DNA of 64,000 nucleotides from Gammaproteobacteria bacterium. GTDB taxonomy: Bacteria; Pseudomonadota; Gammaproteobacteria; Eutrophobiales; Eutrophobiaceae. The stretch lies in contig OZ244905.1 of the NCBI GenBank assembly GCA_965221695.1, positions 1,696,001 to 1,760,000 of the forward strand, written 5' to 3'. This document shows positions 18,903 to 29,142 of this stretch, piece after piece (position 1 is the stretch's first letter; each line of letters starts with the position of its first letter). The notes below the pieces were generated by a model. It had not been told where the DNA came from and did no database searches. It worked only from the letters and a program-made list of their open reading frames with translations. A program made the translations under genes and the position numbers.

Positions 18903-18935
18903 TCAAGAAGCTCTGACTTAATCAGAGCTTCTTGA
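18903..18935. repeat. Family A short palindrome
   Basis: TCAAGAAGCTCTGA-CTTAA-TCAGAGCTTCTTGA, perfect arms, about 30 bp downstream of the metK stop. Confidence 0.85.
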
Positions 18936-18967
18936 ACTTGAACGCGGTCTTGTCTGAGACTGGAGTA

Positions 18968-20125
18968 TCAAGCGGCAGCATCTTTCAGTTGTTCCACCTT
19001 GTCTGTTGTCTCCCAGGTGAAATCCGGTTCCTCGCGACCGAAATGGCCGTAGGCCGCGGTCCGCTTGTAGATGGGTTTTAACAAGTCCAGTTCCCGGATG
19101 ATAGCCTTGGGGCGCAAGTCGAAGGTATCCCGTACCAAGGCTTCGAGTCGGGTTTCCGGCAAGACGCCCGTGCCAAAGGTGTTGACCATCAGGCTCACCG
19201 GCCTGGCGACACCGATGGCATAGGCGATTTGTATCTCGCATTTGTCAGCCAGGCCGGCAGCGACGATGTGCTTGGCAACATAGCGCGCCGCGTACGCAGC
19301 GGAGCGATCAACCTTAGACGGATCTTTGCCAGAAAACGCCCCGCCACCATGGTGCGCGACGCCGCCGTAGGTATCAACGATGATCTTTCTGCCGGTAAGG
19401 CCGGTATCGCCTACCGGGCCGCCAATGACAAAGCGGCCGGTGGGATTGACCAGATAACGGGTTTTAGCGGAAAGCGTCCCGGCGGGTAGCGCCGGTTTGA
19501 TGATCTCCTCGATTACCGCTTCGGTCACATCATCATGGCCGATATCGGCGTCATGCTGGGTCGAGAGAATCACCGTATCTACCGCGACCGGCTTGCCGTC
19601 CTCATACTGGACGCTGACCTGTGACTTCGCGTCGGGCCTAAGCCAGGGCAACCGTCCTGATTTCCTGAGTTCAGCCTGTTTTTCCACCAGACGGTGCGCG
19701 TAGGTAATAGGAAACGGCATCAGCACATCCGTTTCATTACAGGCGTAGCCAAACATGAGGCCCTGGTCGCCGGCGCCCTGGTCCAGGTCGATCCCCTCTC
19801 CTTCATTCACACCCTGGGCGATATCCTGGGATTGTTTGTCCAATGACAAGATCACCGAACAACCGTTGGCGTCAAAGCCCATCTCCGAAGATGTATAACC
19901 GATATCCCGGATGGTCTGCCTGACCACTTCAGGGTAGTCGATGTTTACCTGCGAGGAAATCTCGCCAGACAACATTACCATGCCTGTTGTGACCAGGGTT
20001 TCACAGGCCACCCGCGCATCGGGGTCAAGCAGCAGCAATGCATCAAGAATCGCATCGGATATCTGGTCGGCGACCTTGTCAGGATGGCCTTCCGAAACGG
20101 ATTCAGAGGTAAACAAGTAACTCAT
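18968..20125 (-). CDS. metK: S-adenosylmethionine synthetase
   Basis: [39 protein letters not shown]. Confidence 0.98.
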   Translation of the reverse strand: MSYLFTSESVSEGHPDKVADQISDAILDALLLLDPDARVACETLVTTGMVMLSGEISSQVNIDYPEVVRQTIRDIGYTSSEMGFDANGCSVILSLDKQSQDIAQGVNEGEGIDLDQGAGDQGLMFGYACNETDVLMPFPITYAHRLVEKQAELRKSGRLPWLRPDAKSQVSVQYEDGKPVAVDTVILSTQHDADIGHDDVTEAVIEEIIKPALPAGTLSAKTRYLVNPTGRFVIGGPVGDTGLTGRKIIVDTYGGVAHHGGGAFSGKDPSKVDRSAAYAARYVAKHIVAAGLADKCEIQIAYAIGVARPVSLMVNTFGTGVLPETRLEALVRDTFDLRPKAIIRELDLLKPIYKRTAAYGHFGREEPDFTWETTDKVEQLKDAAA

Positions 20126-20209
20126 AATCGGACCTCAAGGTTGGTTAAACAGGCATTCTAACTAGTTCTAAGGTAATTTTACAGCCCCCGAATTCTCCGC
20201 TCCTGGATG

Positions 20210-23200
20210 TTACCTGTATCCCATAAACGTCTTATACAACAAGGGGATGACGAACAGGGTCAGGAGAGTGGAAAACACCAACCCCCACACAATCGCGGTG
20301 GCCACAGGCCCCCAGATCAACGATTCGCCAGCCAGGCCGGTCGCGAGCGAGAACAGCCCCGCCACCGTGGTGGCGGAAGTAATAACTATAGGCACGACCC
20401 GGCGCCGGGCGGCATATACCGTGGCATGCAGCAGGCTCATACCACTCTCCAAGCGGGCGTTTGCCGCGGAGATCAGGACAATGGCAGCGTTGACTGAAAT
20501 CCCTGTCAATGCCACCACACCATACAGGGTAAACAGGCTCAGGGGATTCCCGGTCACCAACAGACCCAGAGTCACACCGGTGAATGTCAGCGGGACGGTC
20601 ACCAACACCATGAAGGGCTGAAAATAACTTCGGAACTGCGTCCCCAGGATGATATAGATAATACCTACGCCGAGGAGCAGCAACATCCAGATTGCCTCCA
20701 GACTTTCATCAATGTCGTCAAGTTCGCCGGTCTGGTCCAGTACCAACTCGGGATACCGGGTCTGCAAACCGCGCCATTTTTCCGTAATGAGACGATTGGC
20801 CTGCAAGGTGTCAATCCGGTCTTTATCGATGTCGGCTTCCAACGTGATGGCCCGGCGGAAGTTATAGTGCCGAATATTTTGCCGGCCGATTCCCGGCTCG
20901 CTGAGCAGCAGTTCGCCCAGGGCGATGGAACGGCCATCGGGCAGGGATATAGTCTGACGCATTAGATTGTCCGTATTAATATGCCGGTCTTTCTTTGCCA
21001 ACACTCGAACTTTTACTTCTTCGCCTTCGTCCTGGAAGTCAGTCACAATCTCACCATCCACAAAAGCCTGCAACGCGCGTCCTATCGTAACCGGATTCAA
21101 GCCTGTCCTTTGTATCGCCTCGCCATCCAGGCGCAGAACCAGTTCCGGGTTGCCTGGACGATAATCCAGCGTGATATTCCGATATATTTGTTGCTCTTCA
21201 AGAAACGCTCGCAGGTCATTGACGGCCCGCAACATGGTCGGGTAGTCGCTACCCAGCACCTTGGCGCTAATGGCCTTACGCGCCGGCGGTCCCCCCTTTA
21301 TTTCCAGAATGGAGACTTCTATGGGGCCCGGCATGTTTCTCACGCGCAGTAATACCGCAGCGGAAACTTCCGAAACATGACGGCCATCACTGGCCTGCGG
21401 ATTCAGGCTGAACATGACCTGACCCACGGCGTCACCGAATAACGGCGATGTCTCGGTAAACTGCTGTCCCGCAAAACTGACCGAGGCGCGCAACTCGCCC
21501 GGAAGAAATTCCATCAGGGCCTGTTCCTCTGCGGCTCGCAATGCCCTGCTGGTATCTTCCAGGGAGGTTCCCTGAGGCATCTCGAGATTTACGTAAAATA
21601 TGCGTTCGGCATCAGACTCAAAGAAATTGAAACGAATCAGGCCGCTGGCCAAGGTGCCCGCGGCGAGAGAAAGGGTCAGCAAAATGCAAATCAGGGTAAT
21701 AATCGGGTGGCGTAGGGACCTGAGCAGCGCTTGAGTATAACGCAAGCGCAACCAGAAGCTGATCGTTTCCCTTTTCCTGCTTATGAAGCCAGGTTTTTTA
21801 AAGTTGACTTTAAAAGCCAACACATGGGCCGGCAGAATCCAATAGGCTTCAAACAGGCTAACGAGCAGGGCAATGGTTACTACCAGCGGGATGACCTTCA
21901 TGAACTCTCCAAGAATACCGGGCAGCAACACAAGCGGCAAAAAGGCGGCGATAGTGGTCATGACCGAGGTGGTAACCGGGGCAAACACCTCCCGAAACGA
22001 AGCAATAATGGCAGACATGGTCTCGGTCCCACGTTGCAAGCGGTAGTACACGGCCTCGACAACGACCACGGCATCGTCGACGATCATGCCCAGGACGATG
22101 ACCACGGCAAGCAACACGGTATTATTCAGGGTGAAACCCGTGGCGTTGAGGACCAAAAAAGTACCGGACAGGGTAAACGGGATGCCGATGGTGGTCAGGA
22201 AGGAGATCCGGGTCCCCAGAAAAAGCCATGTGACCAGCAACACCAGGAACAGGCCTATCAGCGCGTTGGTCTGCATGATTGTCAGGGCCTCACGGGTGCT
22301 CACGGTCTGGTCGTCCACCAGGACCAGTTCGGCGCCGGTTGCGTCTTTGAAGCGGTTGCGCTCGTCGATATACTGGTTGACGATATCCACCAGCTCCAGC
22401 ACGTTGGCATCCGGATTTTTTGTGACCGCGAGCAGGGTGGCGGGTTTGCCTTCATAAGTGACAATCTGTGCTGCCTCTTCCCGGGCGCGGGCCAATTCCG
22501 CAATGGACCCAAGCGGCACTATGCCGGCAGCGGTAACGATGGGAAAATCCTTCAGGGTCGAAGGGTCGGGGCTGGTGCCCTGCAGACGAACTACCCACTT
22601 GCCGTCAGAGGTCTCCAGGTCGCCAGCGGATATGTCCCGGAAATAAGCCCGAATGGTCTCGGAAATATCCGCCGGGGTCAATCCCAGTCCCTCCAGACGG
22701 TCGGGGAAAAATGCAACCTGCAACTCCGGGTCGGTAATGCCGATATCTTCCACCCGGTCCACGCCTTTGATCCGCTCCAGGTCTTTCTTCACAAAACGGG
22801 TCTGGCGCCTGAGGTTTTCATCATCGCCGGCGCTGGTCACCACCACCATAGCGCTGGGGAACGCATTGGAAGTGCTGATTTCATAGACTACCGGGTCTTC
22901 CACATCTTCCGGCAATTCGTCGCTGTAGGTGTTCTGCACCTCCCGCCGCAGATCGATCATCCGTTTGTCAAACACTTCCTGCTCGATCTGCTGGAAGCGC
23001 ACCAGGATAGTGGAAATATTATCCCTGCTGGTACTATTGACGAACTTGATATCCCTGACACTGCGTCGCAGGGAATCTTCAAGGGGCTCGGTCACGCGTT
23101 TTTCGACATCTATGGCGGCGGCGCCAGGGAAAACGGTAACGATGTTGACCCAGTTGAAGTTGAGTTCCGGGTCCTTGGCCCTGGGCATTTCCAGGTAGGC

Positions 23201-23281
23201 AAGGATCCCAAGCATGATGACCAGACCGAAAGTCAGGTTTGCCAATACATGGTTGGATAAAAACCGCTTGATAAAATTCAT
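20210..23281 (-). CDS. RND efflux transporter permease (AcrB family)
   Basis: 1023 aa, two periplasmic halves, GMIVDDAVVVVE, PIVITSATT. Confidence 0.92.
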   Translation of the reverse strand: MNFIKRFLSNHVLANLTFGLVIMLGILAYLEMPRAKDPELNFNWVNIVTVFPGAAAIDVEKRVTEPLEDSLRRSVRDIKFVNSTSRDNISTILVRFQQIEQEVFDKRMIDLRREVQNTYSDELPEDVEDPVVYEISTSNAFPSAMVVVTSAGDDENLRRQTRFVKKDLERIKGVDRVEDIGITDPELQVAFFPDRLEGLGLTPADISETIRAYFRDISAGDLETSDGKWVVRLQGTSPDPSTLKDFPIVTAAGIVPLGSIAELARAREEAAQIVTYEGKPATLLAVTKNPDANVLELVDIVNQYIDERNRFKDATGAELVLVDDQTVSTREALTIMQTNALIGLFLVLLVTWLFLGTRISFLTTIGIPFTLSGTFLVLNATGFTLNNTVLLAVVIVLGMIVDDAVVVVEAVYYRLQRGTETMSAIIASFREVFAPVTTSVMTTIAAFLPLVLLPGILGEFMKVIPLVVTIALLVSLFEAYWILPAHVLAFKVNFKKPGFISRKRETISFWLRLRYTQALLRSLRHPIITLICILLTLSLAAGTLASGLIRFNFFESDAERIFYVNLEMPQGTSLEDTSRALRAAEEQALMEFLPGELRASVSFAGQQFTETSPLFGDAVGQVMFSLNPQASDGRHVSEVSAAVLLRVRNMPGPIEVSILEIKGGPPARKAISAKVLGSDYPTMLRAVNDLRAFLEEQQIYRNITLDYRPGNPELVLRLDGEAIQRTGLNPVTIGRALQAFVDGEIVTDFQDEGEEVKVRVLAKKDRHINTDNLMRQTISLPDGRSIALGELLLSEPGIGRQNIRHYNFRRAITLEADIDKDRIDTLQANRLITEKWRGLQTRYPELVLDQTGELDDIDESLEAIWMLLLLGVGIIYIILGTQFRSYFQPFMVLVTVPLTFTGVTLGLLVTGNPLSLFTLYGVVALTGISVNAAIVLISAANARLESGMSLLHATVYAARRRVVPIVITSATTVAGLFSLATGLAGESLIWGPVATAIVWGLVFSTLLTLFVIPLLYKTFMGYR

Positions 23282-23310
23282 GGTGACGGTCGCCGGGAAT
23301 CGAGCCCCTG

Positions 23311-24354
23311 TCAGCGCGGGTCATACAGGACGACCGCTTGACCGTCCTCTAACCGGTATTGACCTTCCGTGATCACGACCGTATCCAAGGACAGGTCTAC
23401 CGGCGTTGCCCGGCCTTGCTGCGCGCCGGGAATGGCATAAAATCTGGCTTTGCCGCTGACAATGATGAAGATACCGAAATCATTACCGCGCCGTACCAGC
23501 AGCTTGGCGGACACGTGGGGCTGGCTGTCCTGCCAGACGAGTTTGCCTGCGGCGCCGGGCAGAGCCGACCCGTTGCTGAACAGCAGTCTCACTTCCCGGT
23601 TGCGGGTTTGTGTATTGACTACCGGCGTTAGCGTGCGCAGCGTCAGCGCATAGCGGTTTGTTGTATCCTCGAAATAGAGCGCTTCGGCCGCTTCGACTGT
23701 CTTAATGTCAAGAGTCGGAACCTGGGCTGAAATTTCAAGTTGTTCGATATCCAGTATTTCCACCAGCCTCGTTCCCATATCGGCGAATTCCCCAACTGCA
23801 GCCAGGCGGTCGGTGACGACAGCCCGGTATGGACTTGTAATGACGCAACGGGAGATATTGATTTGCGCATTTTCCAATTGTGTCATGGCGCCCTGACGCT
23901 GCGCGCGCAGCGTCGCCAGATCAGCTTCGCGCTGATCCAGCAACTCTTCCGACACAGTCTGCTTCTGTTCCAGCTTTCTGGTTCGTTCCAGCCGCCGTTC
24001 AGCCAGTCGGATACGGGCATCCAACGCGGCAATATCCGCTTGCACAAGCTGTTGCGCGATGTGGTAATCAGTACAATCCAGCTTGACCAGCACACTGCCA
24101 GGCTCGACAATTTCGCCCACCTTCACGGCGACCTCGTCGACGCGCGCTTTGATTTGCGCAGCGACAGAGGTGTTGTTCAAGCTGACCACTGTTGCCGGCG
24201 CGGATTTCCAGAGATAGAGCGCGAGATCTTTGACGCGCGCGGTCTTCACCGCGATGGCGTCCTGCCCACTTGAGAGTAGCGGAAAAATGAAAAGCAGTAA
24301 TGTCAGGATCGTTTGCCGTGTTAATTTTACTAACTGAGCTGTGTCCCATACCAT
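23311..24354 (-). CDS. RND membrane fusion protein
   Basis: VKVGEIVEPGSVLVKLD, coiled coil, ITSPYRAVV. The ORF-track extension to 24507 lies inside repeat C; start uncertain. Confidence 0.85.
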   Translation of the reverse strand: MVWDTAQLVKLTRQTILTLLLFIFPLLSSGQDAIAVKTARVKDLALYLWKSAPATVVSLNNTSVAAQIKARVDEVAVKVGEIVEPGSVLVKLDCTDYHIAQQLVQADIAALDARIRLAERRLERTRKLEQKQTVSEELLDQREADLATLRAQRQGAMTQLENAQINISRCVITSPYRAVVTDRLAAVGEFADMGTRLVEILDIEQLEISAQVPTLDIKTVEAAEALYFEDTTNRYALTLRTLTPVVNTQTRNREVRLLFSNGSALPGAAGKLVWQDSQPHVSAKLLVRRGNDFGIFIIVSGKARFYAIPGAQQGRATPVDLSLDTVVITEGQYRLEDGQAVVLYDPR

Positions 24355-24495
24355 TCCGATGCAAGCAGGAAGCCAGTGGAACAACGGGGCGCCCTGCGGG
24401 CGACAAAGTATTCGACTGGACTCCCGCTGTTGCGGGAGTGGCACAGGGGAATGTCCTGACCTATGCCAACAGTTACATGCAATCGAGGTGTGCAG
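24335..24495 (-). repeat. Family C REPIN-like element
   Basis: Two inverted REP-like palindromes (CCACTCCCGCAACAGCGGGAGTCCAG and CCATTCCGATGCAAGCAGGAAGCCAG); boundaries approximate. Confidence 0.78.
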
Positions 24496-24652
24496 AAACC
24501 TGATCATGAGGGTCTGGAAAAAAATCTGTTTACCATAATTATTTGCTTGATGAAGGATTGACCCGGAACAGAATCAGTCCCGATTACGGTGACTTCTATT
24601 GGTTTCAGAGCGGGCCCGTAAGGTATTACGGCTTTGAAAATCCCTCCTGCGA

Positions 24653-25870
24653 TTATAACAATTCCTTAATGGGAAAGTCTGCGTCGGCCAATCTTTTTTT
24701 ATCCAACTCCTTTTGCAGCGGGATCAGTTTTTTACTGAACATGAACTCTTGTGGTTTGTTTACCGCGTCAACTGCAATCACCCTGTCATTTTTAAAATAG
24801 AATGCCGCAAAACTGCGGTCGTTGACAGGGTCGCCGCGGATGATGATCTCATCGTAGCCTTGGGAGAGACCGGCGATCTGCAGCATCAGGTCATATTGTT
24901 CGGACCAGAACCAGGGAACGGCACTATAACTGACTTGCTTGCCACAGGCTGCGCCGGCGGCTACCCTGGATTGGTCCGTGGCGTTCTGCACCGACTCCAA
25001 CCGGAGGCGGCGATCATAGATTGGGTTGTGGTGGTTGGCGCAATCCCCGGCTGCGAAAATATCCGGGTCTGAGGTCTGCGCCCGCTCGTTGACTACGATG
25101 CCATTATCGACTTTCAGTCCCGCCGCCTCAGCCAGAGCCGTATTCGGCAATATGCCCACTCCGATGATCACCAGGTCAGCCGCAAGTTCACTACCGTCAC
25201 TGCAGATAACTTTGGTGACCATCCCGTCGCCCTTGAACCCATCCACACCGACGCCGCAACGGATGCTGACACCCTCTTCCTCGTGTATGCGCTGATAGAA
25301 TTCCGATACCACGGGAGCCGTGACCCGCTGCAACACCCGATCCATCATCTCCAGCACGGTGACATTCATTCCTTTTTTATTCAGAACCGCGGCGGTCTCA
25401 AGACCGATATATCCGGCGCCGACGATGACCGCGTTAGCTCCCGGGCTGATATGGGGTTTTATGCGCTCGACATCGTTCAGGTCGCGCAGGTAGAAGAGCC
25501 GATCAAGATCAGCCCCCGGCAAGTTCACTTTGCGGACTTTCGACCCGACTGCCAGCGCCATTTTGTCATAGGACAACAGTTCCTTATTACTGAGTAGCGC
25601 TGTCTTGTCTTTCCGGTTGATGGCTTCCACAGAGGTTCCAAGAATAAATTCCACTTCCGACTTCTCATACACACTGGCCGGGCGGATCAGGATTTCATCC
25701 AGGTTCTTGGCGCCGGCCAAGTAGTCTTTCGACAGGGGCGGACGGTGATAAGGGATAGAGGCTTCGGCCCCGACCACGACAATACGCCCCTGCCAGCCCT
25801 GCTGGCGCAGACTGGGAGCCAGCATGGACGCGGCATGGCTGGCGCCAGCGATGATGAAAGTTTCAGTCAT
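24653..25870 (-). CDS. FAD-dependent ferredoxin reductase (putidaredoxin-reductase type)
   Basis: PYHRPPLSK, GAGYIGLE, TSDPDIFAAGD, RLESVQNA, VPWFWSEQY. Confidence 0.92.
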   Translation of the reverse strand: MTETFIIAGASHAASMLAPSLRQQGWQGRIVVVGAEASIPYHRPPLSKDYLAGAKNLDEILIRPASVYEKSEVEFILGTSVEAINRKDKTALLSNKELLSYDKMALAVGSKVRKVNLPGADLDRLFYLRDLNDVERIKPHISPGANAVIVGAGYIGLETAAVLNKKGMNVTVLEMMDRVLQRVTAPVVSEFYQRIHEEEGVSIRCGVGVDGFKGDGMVTKVICSDGSELAADLVIIGVGILPNTALAEAAGLKVDNGIVVNERAQTSDPDIFAAGDCANHHNPIYDRRLRLESVQNATDQSRVAAGAACGKQVSYSAVPWFWSEQYDLMLQIAGLSQGYDEIIIRGDPVNDRSFAAFYFKNDRVIAVDAVNKPQEFMFSKKLIPLQKELDKKRLADADFPIKELL

Positions 25871-25913
25871 ATTATTAGTCAATGTGACAAGTATGGGATG
25901 GCCTTTTATTGAA

Positions 25914-27203
25914 TCATAGTTTACCTATAACGTGATAAATTGCATCCGTCAGTTGAGTTAAGTCGGATTGTTCTATGATGTAGGGCGGCATAATATAGAT
26001 AAGCCTGCCAAACGGCCTGATCCAAACTCCCTGTTCTACAAACCAATGCGGAACTACACGCATGTCCACGGACCGGTCCACCTCCACCACGCCAATGGCG
26101 CCCAGCGCTCTAACGTCTACAACGTTAGCCAATTCCCGGCACGCGGCGAGTTCAGCCTTAAGCTGCTTTTCTATTGCATCCACCCGGCTCTGCCAGCCGC
26201 TTTGCTCGAGCTGATGGATACTGGCCAATGCCACCGAACAGGCCAGCGGATTAGCCATAAAGGTGGGACCATGCATGAATACTCCCTCGCCGCCTGCGGA
26301 GATGGTCTCAGCAACCTTTGTTGATGTGAGCGTTGCCGCCAGGGTCATATAACCACCGGTTAATGCCTTGCCCAGGCACATGATGTCCGGCGCGACTCGG
26401 CTGTGTTCGCACGCAAACAGTTTGCCGGTCCTGCCGAAGCCGGTGGCGATCTCGTCGAAAATCAACAGCAGGTCGAAGCGGTCGCAGATTTCTCTTAGTC
26501 TTTTCAGGTACTCAGGGGAATAGAACCACATGCCGCCGGCGCCCTGAACCACGGGTTCCAGGATGACTGCGGCAATTTCATCATGATGTTTTTCAGCCAG
26601 TGATGCAAGCGCCGCAATATCATCGTCCTTCCATTCCTCGTGGAAGCGAACACGCGGTGTGTCGGCAAAGAAATGGCTCGGTAGCGCTTGCTTGAACATT
26701 GAGTGCATCCCGGTCACGGGGTCGCAAACTGCCATGGCGCCAAAGGTGTCGCCGTGGTAACCACCGCGCACGGTCAGCAGCTTTTGTTTGTCAGGGCGTC
26801 CGACTGCAAACCAGTATTGAATGGCCATCTTGATGGCGACTTCCACGGAAACAGATCCGGAATCGGCAAAGAAGACCTTCTGCAACGCAGTCGGGGTGAG
26901 GTCCACCAGTTTCTGCGCCAGGCTGACGGCCGGTTCATGGGTGAGGCCACCGAACATCACATGGGCCATATCCTCTAACTGTGTGGTAATGGCTTCATTC
27001 AGTACCGGGTGGTTATACCCGTGGATGGCGCACCACCAGGACGCCATGCCGTCAATCAACTCTTTTCCGTCCGCCAGTTTGAGTCTGACACCATTGGCGG
27101 AAGTAACGGGAAACACCGGCGGCGGGTCAGTCATGGACGCGTAGGGATGCCAAAGCAAAGCTCGATCTGCTTCAAGCAAAGAGTCAGAATCCAAATATTT
27201 CAT
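25914..27203 (-). CDS. bioA: Adenosylmethionine-8-amino-7-oxononanoate aminotransferase
   Basis: [53 protein letters not shown]. Confidence 0.97.
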   Translation of the reverse strand: MKYLDSDSLLEADRALLWHPYASMTDPPPVFPVTSANGVRLKLADGKELIDGMASWWCAIHGYNHPVLNEAITTQLEDMAHVMFGGLTHEPAVSLAQKLVDLTPTALQKVFFADSGSVSVEVAIKMAIQYWFAVGRPDKQKLLTVRGGYHGDTFGAMAVCDPVTGMHSMFKQALPSHFFADTPRVRFHEEWKDDDIAALASLAEKHHDEIAAVILEPVVQGAGGMWFYSPEYLKRLREICDRFDLLLIFDEIATGFGRTGKLFACEHSRVAPDIMCLGKALTGGYMTLAATLTSTKVAETISAGGEGVFMHGPTFMANPLACSVALASIHQLEQSGWQSRVDAIEKQLKAELAACRELANVVDVRALGAIGVVEVDRSVDMRVVPHWFVEQGVWIRPFGRLIYIMPPYIIEQSDLTQLTDAIYHVIGKL

Positions 27204-27274
27204 CTATCCCTTGGTTACAAGCGAATTGGCAAGCCCGCATTTCTCACCAAATGATGCGACGCTGCGCTTGTGAA

Positions 27275-28930
27275 TCAATAGCCCGCTGCCTGCCCGTCGC
27301 TGCGCGGTTCCGAGGCGCCATGGTAGATGCCATTGCCGGCCCGCATAATTGCCTGGTATCCGCCGAACATATCTGACCCACGCTGGATACGGTGGCCGCG
27401 TTTGGCCAACTCCTTAATCACCTGGTCGGAAAATCCTGATTCCAACAACACCGTTCCACCGTCTTCGAGATGTTCATCCATTTCCGCGGTCGGTTCCGTC
27501 GAGCCATCATGACGCCAGCGCGGCGCATTCCCGGCCTGCTGCGCGTCCATGCCAAAGTCGATGATATTCGTCAATACCTGTAATTGGCCTTGGGGTTGCA
27601 TATCGCCACCGACAACACCGAAGCTCATGAAGGGCTTGTCATCTTTCATCACGAAGGCGGGAATGATAGTGTGGAACGGCCGTTTGCCTGGCGCGTAGAC
27701 ATTGGCATGGGATGAATCCATGGAAAACAGCATGCCGCGATTCTGCAAAGCAAAACCGGTTTCCGGAACGACAACACCGGAACCGAAAAAATGATAGATA
27801 CTCTGGATCAATGACACCATGTTGCCGTCAGCATCAGCGCTGGTTAAATAAATGGTGTCGCCGTTGCGTAATATGCTCTCCCCGGACCTGACCTGGCGCG
27901 CGGCGTCGTTGCCAATCAGGGCGCGTCGTTGTTTATTGTAGCGCCGGCTGATCAGTTCTGAGGTACGCAGCTCGGCAAAATCCGGATCAGCATAGAATTT
28001 GGCCCGGTCTTCAAACACCAGTTTTTTTGTCTCCAGCATCAGGTGCAGACAATCTACGCTCATGAAGCCCATGGAAGCCAGGTCATCATCGACAAGCATC
28101 TGCAACATCTGCAAGACAGCGACACCCTGTCCGCTGGGTGGCAGTTCAAACACTTCATAACCGCGGTAGTTGACGGAAACCGGCGTGACCCAGTCAGAGC
28201 GGTGCGAGGCCAAGTCGGCGCGATCGATATGGCCCCCGTTGTCTTGCATGAAACCGCTGATTCGTTCTGCCAGCTCACCCTCATAAAACGCCTTTGCGCC
28301 GTCTTTGGCAAGCAGGCGGTAGGAGCGGGCCAGCGCTTTATTGATAAAAATATCGCCGACAGCCGGCGACTGACCGGCAGGGGCATAAAGAGAATGGAGC
28401 GCCCCTGGAATGGTCGGCGCCATCATGGCAACCGCGCCTTGCCATTGCTGCGCAATCACGGGCGAAACAGGGAAACCGTTTTCCGCATAGCGGATCGCCG
28501 GTTCCAGCAATTCGGCAAACGGCAATTTACCGAACTTCTCATGTAAAGTGGACCAACCATGCGCCGCGCCGGGCACGGATACCGAGAGAATGCTGTATTC
28601 AGGAATGCGGCGCGTGCCGAGCGCGTGTAACAGCCGGGACAATTCCCTATGCTCAAGCGCGGCAGGCGATCGTCCGCTGGCGTTGAGTCCGTGCAAGCGC
28701 TGTTCTTTAGCATCCCAGACAATGGCAAACAAATCGCCGCCCAGGCCACACATATGGGGCTCCATCAACCCCAGCGCCGCATTTGTGGCAATGGCGGCAT
28801 CCACCGCGTTACCACCTTTTTTCAATACGCTTAAACCGACATTCGCTGCAATCGGCTGACTGGTAGCTACCATGCCGTTGCCGGCTACGATCGCGGATCG
28901 ACTTCCTCTTAGATTCATGATCTCTGCCAA
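27275..28930 (-). CDS. ggt: Gamma-glutamyltranspeptidase-family Ntn hydrolase
   Basis: GGNAVDAAIA, GLGGD, GDTIYL (Thr nucleophile), PGKRPFHTIIP, GGDMQPQG; start may be ATG 28918. Confidence 0.9.
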   Translation of the reverse strand: MAEIMNLRGSRSAIVAGNGMVATSQPIAANVGLSVLKKGGNAVDAAIATNAALGLMEPHMCGLGGDLFAIVWDAKEQRLHGLNASGRSPAALEHRELSRLLHALGTRRIPEYSILSVSVPGAAHGWSTLHEKFGKLPFAELLEPAIRYAENGFPVSPVIAQQWQGAVAMMAPTIPGALHSLYAPAGQSPAVGDIFINKALARSYRLLAKDGAKAFYEGELAERISGFMQDNGGHIDRADLASHRSDWVTPVSVNYRGYEVFELPPSGQGVAVLQMLQMLVDDDLASMGFMSVDCLHLMLETKKLVFEDRAKFYADPDFAELRTSELISRRYNKQRRALIGNDAARQVRSGESILRNGDTIYLTSADADGNMVSLIQSIYHFFGSGVVVPETGFALQNRGMLFSMDSSHANVYAPGKRPFHTIIPAFVMKDDKPFMSFGVVGGDMQPQGQLQVLTNIIDFGMDAQQAGNAPRWRHDGSTEPTAEMDEHLEDGGTVLLESGFSDQVIKELAKRGHRIQRGSDMFGGYQAIMRAGNGIYHGASEPRSDGQAAGY

Positions 28931-29142
28931 ATCAATATTTCTACAGAATTATACGCCCAGACCATTACTGTGTATATTTTGCTGTGTAAATTTCATTAGC
29001 TGACCTACACCCTGTGCCATTCCCGCCCCTGCTCAACGCCATACAGGGCAGGCTTATAATTTACCTGAGCGTCCTGTTATGAAACCACTTGCCAGTTGAC
29101 CGGTAATTTATCAATATGTTGCTGATTGATCGGAATGGGCTG

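Noticed and set aside
24355-24507. N-terminal extension of the membrane fusion protein
   Set aside because: Translation of repeat C
25914-27203. bioA separated from other bio genes
   Set aside because: A common arrangement in many Gammaproteobacteria
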